Of a stretch of DNA of 48,244 nucleotides, positions 1 to 12,205 are shown piece after piece (the first letter of the stretch is position 1; each line of letters opens with the position of its first letter). The stretch is taken from positions 512,530 through 560,773 of the forward strand of contig JAHCIT010000002.1 in NCBI GenBank assembly GCA_026129095.1, in the 5' to 3' direction. Source of the stretch: Deltaproteobacteria bacterium. Its GTDB lineage: Bacteria > JAGRBM01 > JAHCIT01. A program made the translations under genes and the position numbers. The notes below the pieces were generated by a model. That model was not told the DNA's origin. It saw nothing but the letters and a program-made list of their open reading frames with translations, and did not search any database.

Positions 1-85
1 ACTCATAACGCGGGAATCCTTACCTGCATGCGGAAATTATTGCGATAATGCCCCGGCAGGACCGGAAAGTAAAGCCCTAACATTA

Positions 86-709
86 TCAGGGGGTTGCGGG
101 TTTTTTCGGCGGGGGGGGCGGATCGCCTGCCCTGCGCATGAGCAGGGCCGTGACAATCGTAACCTGCAGTGCGGCCGGGTTAGTGGTTTGTCCGGATGCG
201 GTTCCAAGCACGCGGCCTGTTTTATCCACCACGATGTAGTGAGGAGCAAGCTTCGGGTCCGTTCCGAGCACTCCGGCCACGACACCATCCAGATCAAACA
301 TCACCGGCCGCTCATAATGCCGGTTCTCCAATAACTTGCCCAGGTCTTCCGGCTTGCCCGTAACCAGATACAGAAGCTTGGCATTCGCCTTGATGATGGC
401 GTTTGCCAATGCCCGGTTCGATCCCGCCGCCCGGTCGCACAGGTCGCAATCTTCGGTCTCGATAATCAGAACCAACGCCTCAACGCCCGGATCTTTCAGG
501 AATGACCGGATCGTTCCCATCCCGGTCACCCCATTTATCAGTACCGGGAGCTCCGTATCGAGTGCGATGCCGGCCGCGCCGACGACGCTCGCCACTGGCC
601 TGGCAACTGCCATCGGGACGGTTGTCAGTAGTATCGCCAGCACAGTGGCTGCGATACTGAATGCGGATCCAAACCGGACCATCTTCCGAAAAACTCCATC
701 CGTTTTCAT
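86..709 (-). CDS. Exported thioredoxin-fold (redoxin/TlpA-like) protein
   Basis: Signal peptide-like N-terminus; CxxC (EDCDLC) after a hydrophobic strand; 'APHYIVVDKTGRV' cis-Pro-like motif; Pro-rich tail. Start moved to ATG 709 to avoid overlap with the divergent gene. Confidence 0.65.
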   Translation of the reverse strand: MKTDGVFRKMVRFGSAFSIAATVLAILLTTVPMAVARPVASVVGAAGIALDTELPVLINGVTGMGTIRSFLKDPGVEALVLIIETEDCDLCDRAAGSNRALANAIIKANAKLLYLVTGKPEDLGKLLENRHYERPVMFDLDGVVAGVLGTDPKLAPHYIVVDKTGRVLGTASGQTTNPAALQVTIVTALLMRRAGDPPPPPKKPATP

Positions 710-750
710 GACAAACCGGTTATAACGCCTGTCGAAAGAGAGTTGAAGTG

Positions 751-1041
751 ATGCCACATTTCATCCTGATAGGTCGCGATGGCCCGGACGCACTTGAGCG
801 GCGGCTTAAGGCGCGTGACGAGCATCTGGCCGGTCTCAGGGAACTCGAAAAAGCAGGTAAACTCGTCGTCGCCGGTCCCATCCGGAATGGCGACAAGCCG
901 GTGGGGACCGTTGCCATTTTTGAAAGCGACAGCCTGGAAACGGCTCGCTCACTCATGGACCGGGATCCGTATGTGCGCGAAGGTGTATTCGAATCCTGGT
1001 CGGTTGAGCCGTACTTGGTGGTTCTGCCGAAACGGGAATAG
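751..1041 (+). CDS. YciI family protein
   Basis: 'R...RDEHL..L....G.LVVAGP' and 'DPYVREGVF' pattern typical of YciI; about 96 aa. Confidence 0.85.
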   Translation: MPHFILIGRDGPDALERRLKARDEHLAGLRELEKAGKLVVAGPIRNGDKPVGTVAIFESDSLETARSLMDRDPYVREGVFESWSVEPYLVVLPKRE

Positions 1042-1045
1042 TGTT

Positions 1046-1576
1046 TTATACCCCCGGAAACATCCGTCCGTTTTCCTTAACCAGTACAATGCCCCAGTAG
1101 ATGATAATTCCGATCAGCACGATAAGGATCCAGTGAAGTCTTTTCAGCTTGTGCTGATAAAGCAGCAATGCCGCGTCACGGTCAGCGGCGGGAACAAGTC
1201 CCTTCGCAATCCGGATGTATTTCATTCCGAGAGCGAACATGGCCATCGACATAAGCATCACGTACAAAAACACGAAACCGAGTTTGATGCCCAGCACCGG
1301 ACCCACCTGGCGGAAATAATCCAGCCCATAGGCAGCCTTGTATTTGAGCAGGTTCACCACTCCGCTCATAAACATGAACAGCATCAAATACCCGTTGATA
1401 TTGATAAAAAGCCGCACCGTTTCGACCTTGCGGTCAAGAAACTCTTCCTCGTTTGGGAGTTTTGAGGCCAACGGCAGGTAAAAAAACACAAAAAACGCCA
1501 TACCGCCCAGCGACAGTGCCGTGGACGCGAGATGCACCCACAGGGCTAGCGTATCAAAATCAATGTAGGCCTTCAT
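1046..1576 (-). CDS. 4-TM membrane protein, CopD/DUF4149-like
   Basis: 'WVHL...LSLGGMAF' first helix and 'LGIKL' in helix 3; four hydrophobic segments. Confidence 0.55.
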   Translation of the reverse strand: MKAYIDFDTLALWVHLASTALSLGGMAFFVFFYLPLASKLPNEEEFLDRKVETVRLFININGYLMLFMFMSGVVNLLKYKAAYGLDYFRQVGPVLGIKLGFVFLYVMLMSMAMFALGMKYIRIAKGLVPAADRDAALLLYQHKLKRLHWILIVLIGIIIYWGIVLVKENGRMFPGV

Positions 1577-1633
1577 GCGTTCCCGGCCGGAGCGGGTGGC
1601 TTTACTGCCACCGGCCGCCGCGCCGAGCGCTCC

Positions 1634-3118
1634 CTAGCCTGTCCGGAGTCTGGTGTCGAGCAGTTCCAGAAAGAGGTCCGTGGCGGCCGGATCATAAAGT
1701 GAACCCCTTCCGTCCACATAGTGTTCCTTGATCATTTCCGTAGTCCATGCCTGCTTGTAACTGCGGACAGTAGCGAGAGCGTCATATACCTCCACCATGA
1801 TCAGGATATGGCCCGCCAGGGAGATATCGGAGCCACCGAGGCCCCTTGGATAACCGGAGCCATCGTACCGCTCGTGATGCTCGTAGACATATCGCCGTTC
1901 CTCCGCGAGGGATGGCACCTGGGCGAGAATCTGGTCGCCAATGGCCGGGTGCTGCCGGATCTGGTCTCTTTCGTCTTTCGTCAGCGGACCGCCCTTCTGC
2001 AGCACATAATCGCTGATGCCAAGCTTGCCGATGTCATGAAGAATGCAGGCGACCTCCAGCTTGGCTTTGCTGCGCGCATCCATGTCGGTCATGTCGGCCA
2101 GCATGCGGCTATATCTCGCCACCCGTTCTGCGTGCCCGCCTGTGTATTTATCGCGGGCTTCCAGTGCCTTGGCGAGCGTGCGGATCGTGGAGAGATAGTT
2201 TTCTTCCAGGTCACGGTACAGGCGGGCGTTCTCGATTGCGAGCGAGGCATTTGATGCCAGCAACTCCGCCGCCGACCACTCGCCGGAACCAAACGGGCGG
2301 CTTGCGTCGTTTCGTATCAGGGCAAGAAAACCGCTCAGGTTTCCGTGCCGAACGAGCGGGACCACCAGCGCGGTTCCGCCATTTTCCAGTTCCGTGAGTG
2401 GCGATCCTTCGAGCGAAAGCCGGTGCTCTCCACGGTCGATCTGGCTGTTCAGCGATGCATGAAGCGACGTCCGCTCCTCCACGGAAAGATTGCCCACCCG
2501 GTCACGTTCAGCCGACGCAAGACCAAGCGCACAGGTAATCCGGAACTCGGGAGGCATCCGGCGCTCATCGATCAGCGCAATATAGCCCTTGTCAGCCGAC
2601 AGGGTTTTCAGTGCCGAGTTCAACACCAGATCCAGGAGTTGCGGCAGCTTGTTACCATCTCCCATCGACTCGGCGACCTGGTGAATCTGGACAATACGTT
2701 CAAGCTGATCGACCTGTCGGACCAGCCGCCTTTTCTCCAGACATCTTTCGACCGTTGTCTCCAGCAGCAGCAGGTTTACCGGCTTCTGGAGAAAATCGGT
2801 TGCTCCGAGATGGAATGCCTCTATGACGTTTTCAATCGATGCGTACCCGGTAAGAACCATAATATCGAGAACAGGAAACGCCGGATGCACTTTCCGGATT
2901 ACATCAAGACCGGATGTATCGCCGAGATACAGATCGCAGATCAAAAGATCCACAGGCCGGTCCTTGAGAATCCGGTACAGCGCTTCTGGATCACCCGCCA
3001 GTGCAACGTCATAGTTCCGGGACTGGAGAAACATCCCCAGAAGGTCACGAACTGATGGTTCGTCATCCAGAATGGCCACACGGCCCTTGTAGCCCGAGAG
3101 ATTCAATTCGCTATCCAA
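1634..3118 (-). CDS. Response regulator with REC-GAF-HD-GYP domains (c-di-GMP phosphodiesterase)
   Basis: REC (LDDE..., ICDL, LTG, QKP); GAF ending 'SLAIENARLY'; HD-GYP motifs 'YTGGHAERVA', 'LHDIGK', 'HHERYDGSGYP'. Confidence 0.9.
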   Translation of the reverse strand: MDSELNLSGYKGRVAILDDEPSVRDLLGMFLQSRNYDVALAGDPEALYRILKDRPVDLLICDLYLGDTSGLDVIRKVHPAFPVLDIMVLTGYASIENVIEAFHLGATDFLQKPVNLLLLETTVERCLEKRRLVRQVDQLERIVQIHQVAESMGDGNKLPQLLDLVLNSALKTLSADKGYIALIDERRMPPEFRITCALGLASAERDRVGNLSVEERTSLHASLNSQIDRGEHRLSLEGSPLTELENGGTALVVPLVRHGNLSGFLALIRNDASRPFGSGEWSAAELLASNASLAIENARLYRDLEENYLSTIRTLAKALEARDKYTGGHAERVARYSRMLADMTDMDARSKAKLEVACILHDIGKLGISDYVLQKGGPLTKDERDQIRQHPAIGDQILAQVPSLAEERRYVYEHHERYDGSGYPRGLGGSDISLAGHILIMVEVYDALATVRSYKQAWTTEMIKEHYVDGRGSLYDPAATDLFLELLDTRLRTG

Positions 3119-3218
3119 AAATGCTTCGGCGGTCGGTTAAAGCCCACTTTAAATGACTGTCACAGATTTGGGTAGGTTGTCACTGAAACGAAAGGCAGCA
3201 AGACAATGCCGCACCTGG

Positions 3219-4226
3219 TCATGCCATTGGCACAACCGGCAATTCTGGTGCAAACGGCATTACTTCCGGATCCTTCGGTGCAGATGGCGGCCTCAGGCGC
3301 TCGGCCAGATCGGCAAAATAGACACCCTCGATAACACCAAAAATCACCGTCCCCAGCGATGCAGTCGGAGCCAGAACCAGCTGGGTCAGCAAAAAGAGCA
3401 GAACCCCGGCCGGCACCCACCCCGTTATTGCGTCCAAAAGCGGCTGAATAAGCGCAAGAATAGCCAGGTTGGCCACCATGGTGACCCCAAGCCCTGTCAG
3501 AAAAAGCAGGCTGTATCGCATCCAGTGAGCCGACCAGAAAGTCTGGCCAGTCCGGTTCCTCATAATGCGCCAGCTTTCCCGGCAGGCACCTGCAGCAGTC
3601 CCGTAGCCAGCCACTAAGGCAGCCACCGCCACGCCCAAACGGCCAAATACATAAAACGACGCCACAAGAACCACCGGAAACAGCACCATCCCGGCCAGAA
3701 TCATTCCCACAAGACGAAAAAGCGTGGAGACGCCAAGCTCCGGTGGGATTACGAAACTGAGCGCATATATACCCGTCATCAGGGCTACTGCCGATCCTAT
3801 GGCTGCCGCAGCAAACGCCAGAGCCCGGTAGAAATCGGCGGCTATTATCCGCCACCAGACCAGCTGGTCAGCAATTTCCGTGAGGGGCCGGATGCTGCCC
3901 GCCAGCTGATCAATGCTTCCACAGGCGACAACTCCATGGACAACCGGGCGAACCAGTACCGAATGGGCGAAAATCGCCAACCCTATCAGAATCATCTCCA
4001 GTAGGATCATGTCGGGCAGATCCAATGGCTCCTCAAATGCCAAGAACCGGTGCTGCATCAGGGCTGTCAGCACTCCCAGCGGTAGAGCCGAAACAAGCCC
4101 CGCCAAAAGGAACGGGCCAATCCGCTCGCGGATTACTCCTGCTGCTATAGATACCAGATCACCAAAAGTTGCCCGCCCAAGCCGCGGGTCCACATTCACT
4201 GGCGTCTGGTATATTCCGGATTCCAT
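3219..4226 (-). CDS. Multi-pass membrane protein of unknown function
   Basis: 335 aa ORF with about 6 hydrophobic helices; in-operon spacing with neighbours. Confidence 0.7.
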   Translation of the reverse strand: MESGIYQTPVNVDPRLGRATFGDLVSIAAGVIRERIGPFLLAGLVSALPLGVLTALMQHRFLAFEEPLDLPDMILLEMILIGLAIFAHSVLVRPVVHGVVACGSIDQLAGSIRPLTEIADQLVWWRIIAADFYRALAFAAAAIGSAVALMTGIYALSFVIPPELGVSTLFRLVGMILAGMVLFPVVLVASFYVFGRLGVAVAALVAGYGTAAGACRESWRIMRNRTGQTFWSAHWMRYSLLFLTGLGVTMVANLAILALIQPLLDAITGWVPAGVLLFLLTQLVLAPTASLGTVIFGVIEGVYFADLAERLRPPSAPKDPEVMPFAPELPVVPMA

Positions 4227-4229
4227 TGA

Positions 4230-5087
4230 TCACTGGCAGACAGTGTTTTCAAAGCCGTATGGTCCATCAGGGTCGACCGGCTGCTTGAGTCTTGTGCGGA
4301 GCCGGCCTGCAAGACTGTCAGGCAAACGATCACCAATTACACCCAGCAGGACCTGAATCCGGCAATTATGCATATCTTCGCGTCCGGCCGCCAGTTCCGC
4401 ATAGTTGAGGGCCCTTTTCATGTCCTGTCCAAGCAGCCTGGGAAGCGACGCATAGTAGGTTGCCAGGAAAACATCAGCTCCGGCTCCTACTGACACCGGA
4501 GAAAGTTTTAGGTACCATTCGAAAGTCCGGACGACTTCTCCCGCCTGTTTCGCCGCCGAAAAAATGTTCATCGTCCCGAGCAGATGGCCCCACCCCACAG
4601 CCACCCAGTACAGTGCATTAGCATCGTGCTCGTCGAACTCCTTCAGCCGGCCTGCCACGCTTCGGTAGTTTGAAATCTGTTTCGCACGTTCTGGCCGCCC
4701 CCGCAGTGTTTCTGTACCCAGGTCCCGCGCCAACCGGTAATAGCGCTCGGATTCCTTCTCGCTGACCGGTGCCAGATCGGCAACCAGAAAGGCCGCACGG
4801 GCACGGCAGAGAATTTCGTCGGGGACCGGGACCATTTCTACAGGGGGCCCGTCAGCAAACAGCGCCAACCCCTTCCAGTCCACTTCTGGACGGGACGCTT
4901 TCAACGAAACAAACCCCCTCAGCGTACGGTCGCAATCAAATACCGGGCCCGGAAGCTCAACAGCGGATGGCTCACTGGCGGAAAGGATTGTTGGCGGCAC
5001 TTCCTCGGCTGTACTGACCGTCACGAAAAGCAGGACTATCAGTCCAGCATCCAAAATTGCTCGATGAGTCACAGCGTTATATCCCAA
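4230..5087 (-). CDS. TatT-like (TRAP-associated TPR) exported protein
   Basis: 'DANALYW.AV.WG', 'GAGADVFLATYYASLPRLLGQD.KRA..Y.E.A' resemble the TatT family; start codon uncertain. Confidence 0.55.
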   Translation of the reverse strand: MGYNAVTHRAILDAGLIVLLFVTVSTAEEVPPTILSASEPSAVELPGPVFDCDRTLRGFVSLKASRPEVDWKGLALFADGPPVEMVPVPDEILCRARAAFLVADLAPVSEKESERYYRLARDLGTETLRGRPERAKQISNYRSVAGRLKEFDEHDANALYWVAVGWGHLLGTMNIFSAAKQAGEVVRTFEWYLKLSPVSVGAGADVFLATYYASLPRLLGQDMKRALNYAELAAGREDMHNCRIQVLLGVIGDRLPDSLAGRLRTRLKQPVDPDGPYGFENTVCQ

Positions 5088-5148
5088 AGCGTATCGTTCT
5101 GCGCCCTCTATATCAGGAGCCCAGAAGCTTCAATCCTTGTGAGGAGAA

Positions 5149-5526
5149 TCACCCCCGTTCGGCCCGCTTGACCACCAGTTCGGCGAGTAGCGGATCCACA
5201 CCAAGATGCCGGGCTACCGTGATTTCCACCCCCGGAAACTTCTGCTGGGCCTCTTCCACCCGTTCCGGCAGGTCACGACGGACGTGACTTCCCATATTGA
5301 GCAGGTACGGCACAATCCGGATACGCTGGGCACCCTGCTCCACGCACCTGCGAACGCCTCCCAGCATGTCCGGTTCAGTAATTTCCAGAAAGCTCATCTC
5401 GACAATCTGGTAGCCGGATATTTCCTTGATGAGCTGAATTTGTGCCGCCAGCTCGTCCTTGAGCTCGGACAGACGGCTGCCATGTGCGAACAGCAAAATG
5501 GCGTCGGTTTCCGTGTTCTTTACCAT
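5149..5526 (-). CDS. Short-form CbiX/SirB sirohydrochlorin chelatase (CbiXS-like)
   Basis: 'LLFAHGSR', 'SFLE..EP', 'VPYLL.MGSHVRRDLP', 'HLG' motifs; about 125 aa single domain. Confidence 0.85.
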   Translation of the reverse strand: MVKNTETDAILLFAHGSRLSELKDELAAQIQLIKEISGYQIVEMSFLEITEPDMLGGVRRCVEQGAQRIRIVPYLLNMGSHVRRDLPERVEEAQQKFPGVEITVARHLGVDPLLAELVVKRAERG

Positions 5527-5536
5527 TGCAACATAT

Positions 5537-7918
5537 CTATCCTTCAGATGGTGCGGTTTCACGCGGCTGCCGAAATGGTTTTCTCAGGAATACCAGAGTT
5601 CCCAGAAGTGCCAGCAGGCTCACTGTCGCTCCTGTCCGCAGTCCTGGAGTTCGGTAAGTAAACTCCACGACCGACCGGCCTGCAGAAACCCAAACCGCCC
5701 GGTTCAGTCCCCAAGCGACATGGACAGGGGATTCGTTACCGTTTACCCATGCAGTCCAGCCCGGCATGAAGCTGTCCATAAGCACTACCGGACCCGCATG
5801 ATTCTGATCTATTTCCATTCGGACTGCCTCATGCCCGTACCGGGTGATTTCACAGCGGGTTGCCGGGTGCGGTCTTTCCCCGGCTGGCCACTCCGACTGG
5901 TTTTGGGTGCGTTCGAACAGAAGCTCCTGACGTGGGTCGAAACCCTCGCCGCGGATCGCCACCATGATTTCCTCTGGTGCGGCTGGTTTCCACGCCGCTG
6001 GGCAGAATGCACGTGGTACGGGACCGGATAGCGGGACCAGAAATGCTCCCCCCGGCAAAGGATAACCCTCTTCGCCGTACAGCGGCAGCGAGGGATCATA
6101 AGCGGCTGCCACAATCGAATCGGCAGCAAACAGCCGGGCGATATTCACAGGCGGAGCGCCTGATTCCATCACACGAAGCCAGCGGGTGGTGAGAAACGAA
6201 TTGTACCCCCGGCTGGAGTCGACCGGAGAGGCCAGCGAGGCATTGGCAAACAGGAGATGCCACATGACTGTGGTCGTGAATTGTGGGGGCGCGCCATCCG
6301 GGGGGCGAAACCCCCGGTAAACCGGAAGTACTTCGACCCGATGGGGGGTCGTGGACGTCGGACGGAGTTGCTCTAGCATCTGGGCCGCAACAGGAACTGT
6401 CCGGACGGTTTCTGTCCCGGGTACAAATGTCACCAAGGTCGATGCGTTCATCAGCACCATCAATGCGGCAGGAACCGTGATAACCAGTTCCGGCAGCGGA
6501 CGGGAGAAACCTGCAACCAGTACTGCTCCTATTGCCGCCGTCACAAGTCCCATCCGGCCGCCGGTTTCAAGTGAGTCAGCCACCGTCTGGCGCATAATTT
6601 CCGGATGCACCGGATCCCACAAACCAGCAAAACCGAACCACCAGTCCGTCAGTAGCGACAGGACAAAGACAACCGTACCGGAAACCAGCAGGAAAATACC
6701 CGTTGTCCGGTGGCTCGTGCTCCGGAACAGACGACTTCCACCGAACCCCGCCAGCACGGCCAAGGCCAGGGTCAGCCACGGCACCAGACGTTCTGGCCAC
6801 CGGAAATGTTTCCAGTACGGAGCATGGTTCCACACGAGATCAAACAGATACCCTCGTGCGCCGAGCGTCATTACCAGCGCCACGCCACCAAACACGACCC
6901 AGGGAACAGATCTCCTGTCACGGCGCACTCCGGATACAGCCATTATCGCCAGCACCAGTGCCGGAAGGCCGATATAAAAGCTGGGGATGTAGAAATTCTT
7001 GGTCGTCTCGAAGCAGAAAAGCCGGTTTGGCCACAAGGTTCCTGGTTGCGAGGGTGTCCCGTAAAAAAGAGGATAGAACAGTTCTAGGTAGCGCACCGGA
7101 TGGGTTGTGCAGTGATGGGCGTCCTCTAGCGTGACTCCATGAGCCCCTCGCGGGCTTTCCTTCGCCAGCTCGAGGGCCGGCAACCACTGTATGGTTGCAA
7201 GAAAAAACGCCCACGCTGACAGCACCCCAGTTACTATCAGTGCCCGTTTCAGGCGAACCGCGAGCGACGGGCCGTTTTCAGCAGCCGGAAAGAGAAGCAC
7301 CAGAAACCCGAGCACATACTGGAGCATGAATGTTTGCGGTTCACCGGCCAGCAACGCCATTGATCCGAACAACAACGCCCGCACAAGACGGGGAGCTTCC
7401 GTCCGGATCGATTCGGCCTTTCCGATCAGGACGAATTCGGCGAGCATCCATGGAACGAAAGTGCGGGCAACAAGCCAGTTGGTAAGGAAACTTTCGCTCG
7501 CCAGAGCACCGCTGCCTATATAAACCACAGCGGTCAGTGCCGAGGCCCACTCATCCATTCCGAGTGTTCTCGCGAGGCGAACCATGCCAAACCCGGTCAA
7601 CAGATAAACAAGCGCCACAAAGGCATTTGCCAGCCATCCCGGATCGACGGGCAGCAGAAAAATGAGTTTCAGCGGAAAAAACAGCGCCTGAACCGGGTCA
7701 GCAGCTACGGGGAACCCCCCCAGAATGCGGCTTGTCCACTCAGGAAAATCGCCAGAGGCCAACCTCTCAGCCTGGTGTATCCAGGCTGGCAGGAAGTTCA
7801 GCGACGCATCCCAAACCCAAAGCGTCTGTCCACCGAACAGCGCGGGATAAAAGAGAACACCAACAAACAGAAAAACCGCGGTCTCGGCTGGATAGATCGA
7901 ATTCCAGAGACGACGCAC
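5537..7918 (-). CDS. YfhO family membrane protein (GT-C-like glycosyltransferase)
   Basis: 'PEW...LGGFP..ADP', many TM helices, 'FRWPER', C-terminal 'DSFMPGWTAWVNG...AVWVSAGRSVVEFTY'. Confidence 0.85.
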   Translation of the reverse strand: MRRLWNSIYPAETAVFLFVGVLFYPALFGGQTLWVWDASLNFLPAWIHQAERLASGDFPEWTSRILGGFPVAADPVQALFFPLKLIFLLPVDPGWLANAFVALVYLLTGFGMVRLARTLGMDEWASALTAVVYIGSGALASESFLTNWLVARTFVPWMLAEFVLIGKAESIRTEAPRLVRALLFGSMALLAGEPQTFMLQYVLGFLVLLFPAAENGPSLAVRLKRALIVTGVLSAWAFFLATIQWLPALELAKESPRGAHGVTLEDAHHCTTHPVRYLELFYPLFYGTPSQPGTLWPNRLFCFETTKNFYIPSFYIGLPALVLAIMAVSGVRRDRRSVPWVVFGGVALVMTLGARGYLFDLVWNHAPYWKHFRWPERLVPWLTLALAVLAGFGGSRLFRSTSHRTTGIFLLVSGTVVFVLSLLTDWWFGFAGLWDPVHPEIMRQTVADSLETGGRMGLVTAAIGAVLVAGFSRPLPELVITVPAALMVLMNASTLVTFVPGTETVRTVPVAAQMLEQLRPTSTTPHRVEVLPVYRGFRPPDGAPPQFTTTVMWHLLFANASLASPVDSSRGYNSFLTTRWLRVMESGAPPVNIARLFAADSIVAAAYDPSLPLYGEEGYPLPGGAFLVPLSGPVPRAFCPAAWKPAAPEEIMVAIRGEGFDPRQELLFERTQNQSEWPAGERPHPATRCEITRYGHEAVRMEIDQNHAGPVVLMDSFMPGWTAWVNGNESPVHVAWGLNRAVWVSAGRSVVEFTYRTPGLRTGATVSLLALLGTLVFLRKPFRQPRETAPSEG

Positions 7919-7929
7919 AACCCTGTCTG

Positions 7930-10431
<2,502 letters not shown>

Positions 10432-10563
10432 TCAACTGCGGTGCAAATCCCTTCCAACCGGGACAGCACAATGTAGCACCGGCGGACAGGTTATGAAAGG
10501 GAAAAAAAAGCCAAAAATACAAATAATATCAATATGTTATACTGGTGCGGCGACAGCTGGCCA

Positions 10564-11676
10564 TCAGATCCGCATGGGCATGATCACATTGAGGTAATTG
10601 GTGTCATCAGCCCCAGAAATTGTAGCCGGATTGATTTCATCAATGACTGCTATTTCGATTTCATCACCGCTGGTATGGTCAATGGCGGCAATCAGGTACA
10701 GCACGTTAAAACCAACCAAGAGGGGAGCGCTGTTGTAGTCACACGACAGCTTTTCAGTTGTTTCACCCTGGCTCTGGTTGCTGCATTCGGTGGTGAGCTC
10801 CCCTTTGTCCAGCTTGAGTTTAACAAGGTGGGTTCGCTCATCCGCCAGAATTGATGCCCGCTGCAACGCACCGAGAAAATCTGACCGGTTCACCTTCATA
10901 ATACGGTCCGACTTTTGGGGGATGACGTTCGCGTACCGGGGAAACTCCGCATCAACAAGCCGCATTACCAATACCGTGCCATCAGCTTTGGCAACCACAT
11001 GACTCTTCTGGATTGACAGCTCAACCTTTGGTGCCCGCTCGCAAAGTTTGCGCAATTCCTGCACCGACTTGCGATGAATGATGACACCGGACTGTCCGAT
11101 CGCTTCCTTCGCACTTTCTATTTCTCGCTCGACCAGGGTCAGCCGGTGTCCATCTGTGGCCACCATCCTGAGCATTCCGTCGTTTTTTGGTGAACGCTCA
11201 ACGTAGACGCCGTTTAAAGCAATACGCGATTCGTCACTTGAAGCTGCAAAGACGGTTTTATCGATCATGTCCAGAAGCATCTGGCTATCAAAAGTGAAGA
11301 ACTGTCCCTTGTCGATCGGTGCCAGTGGAGGAAAATCTTCTCCCGGAAGCCCATACATGGTTGGCTGAAAACGCCCCACCGTGATCTGGCACCGGTTGTT
11401 GTCCTGGAGCTTCACGGTGACCTTGTCCCCCGCTGGCTGCTGAACAAGCTCCAAGAGCTTCTTGGCACCCAGTGTAAAGGTTCCGGTCTTTTTCACATCA
11501 GCCGCCAGACTCACCCGGATACCAACATCCATATCGGTCGTGATGAGCGTAACCTGATTTTTCTCGGCACTCAGGTACACATTGGAAAGTATCGGCATCG
11601 TATTTCGACGCTCAACAGCACCCTGAACAGACTTCATTGCATCGGTAAAGAGACTGCGCTCAATGGTGAATTCCAT
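10564..11676 (-). CDS. dnaN: DNA polymerase III beta sliding clamp
   Basis: 'RRNTMPILSNV', 'MVATDGHRL', C-terminal 'VIMPMRI'; 370 aa. Confidence 0.98.
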   Translation of the reverse strand: MEFTIERSLFTDAMKSVQGAVERRNTMPILSNVYLSAEKNQVTLITTDMDVGIRVSLAADVKKTGTFTLGAKKLLELVQQPAGDKVTVKLQDNNRCQITVGRFQPTMYGLPGEDFPPLAPIDKGQFFTFDSQMLLDMIDKTVFAASSDESRIALNGVYVERSPKNDGMLRMVATDGHRLTLVEREIESAKEAIGQSGVIIHRKSVQELRKLCERAPKVELSIQKSHVVAKADGTVLVMRLVDAEFPRYANVIPQKSDRIMKVNRSDFLGALQRASILADERTHLVKLKLDKGELTTECSNQSQGETTEKLSCDYNSAPLLVGFNVLYLIAAIDHTSGDEIEIAVIDEINPATISGADDTNYLNVIMPMRI

Positions 11677-11769
11677 GTCGTTCTCCTGAAAACCCCTTCG
11701 TGTCGTCCAGCTCCATTTTGAACAAGCTTGTAGCTATCATCGGAATGGGAATGATCCTAGCTTTGCCAA

Positions 11770-12096
11770 GTGTGGAGAGGAAACTTCTATCAGGTTCTAT
11801 ATATAAGAAAAAGAATCGTCGGAGTAGTAGGAAAGGACAAGTCCGGGGAAAACGGAATAAGTGCCGGAATTCTACCACCTTGGATCATGGAAAAGTTACA
11901 GGACAAGTGGTGGATAAGTGGGGTTGCACTGGCAAAAAGAATCCGTCGCTGGGGACAATCGGTAATTAGCCCCCAGAGATTTCGTGGTAATCCAGAGCCA
12001 ACCCCCAGGCAGTTCTGTAAAGCAGCAAGAAGCCAAAGAAAATACAGGCCAGACGGGCTATAGCCGGCTGGCCTGTGCGCATACAGGATGGTTCTA
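11770..12096. other. Probable oriC (unwinding half): DnaA boxes, DnaA-trio-like repeat and AT-rich tract
   Basis: Non-coding dnaA-dnaN gap. Minus-strand DnaA-box-like 9-mers: TTATCCACC (11909-11917), TTGTCCTGT (11898-11906), TTTTCCATG (11886-11894), TTATTCCGT and TTTTCCCCG (11844-11860). These are followed by CTACTACTCCGACGATTC and TTTTTCTTATATATAG. Confidence 0.75.
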
Positions 12097-12100
12097 GCTG

Positions 12101-12148
12101 TGACCCGCACCCGTCATTCCGGTCCGTCGTAAACTGAAATTTTCCGGC
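12101..12148 (+). repeat. IS left terminal inverted repeat
   Basis: TGACCCGCACCCGTCATTCCGGTCCGTCGTAAACTGAAATTTTCCGGC matches the reverse complement of the right end. Confidence 0.9.
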
Positions 12149-12205
12149 CTAACCTGTCCGCCGTTGGTTTGAATGGCGGGCAGCTTTGGAGAGCTGGAGA
12201 CGACG

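Noticed and set aside
3160-3855. 231-aa Cys/Gly-rich minus-strand ORF
   Set aside because: Alternative frame overlapping the more plausible membrane-protein gene 3219-4226
11660-12110. Short ORFs in the dnaN-IS gap and in 14912-15482
   Set aside because: They overlap DnaA-box and AT-rich origin sequence, lack RBS or homology cues, and are better explained as non-coding
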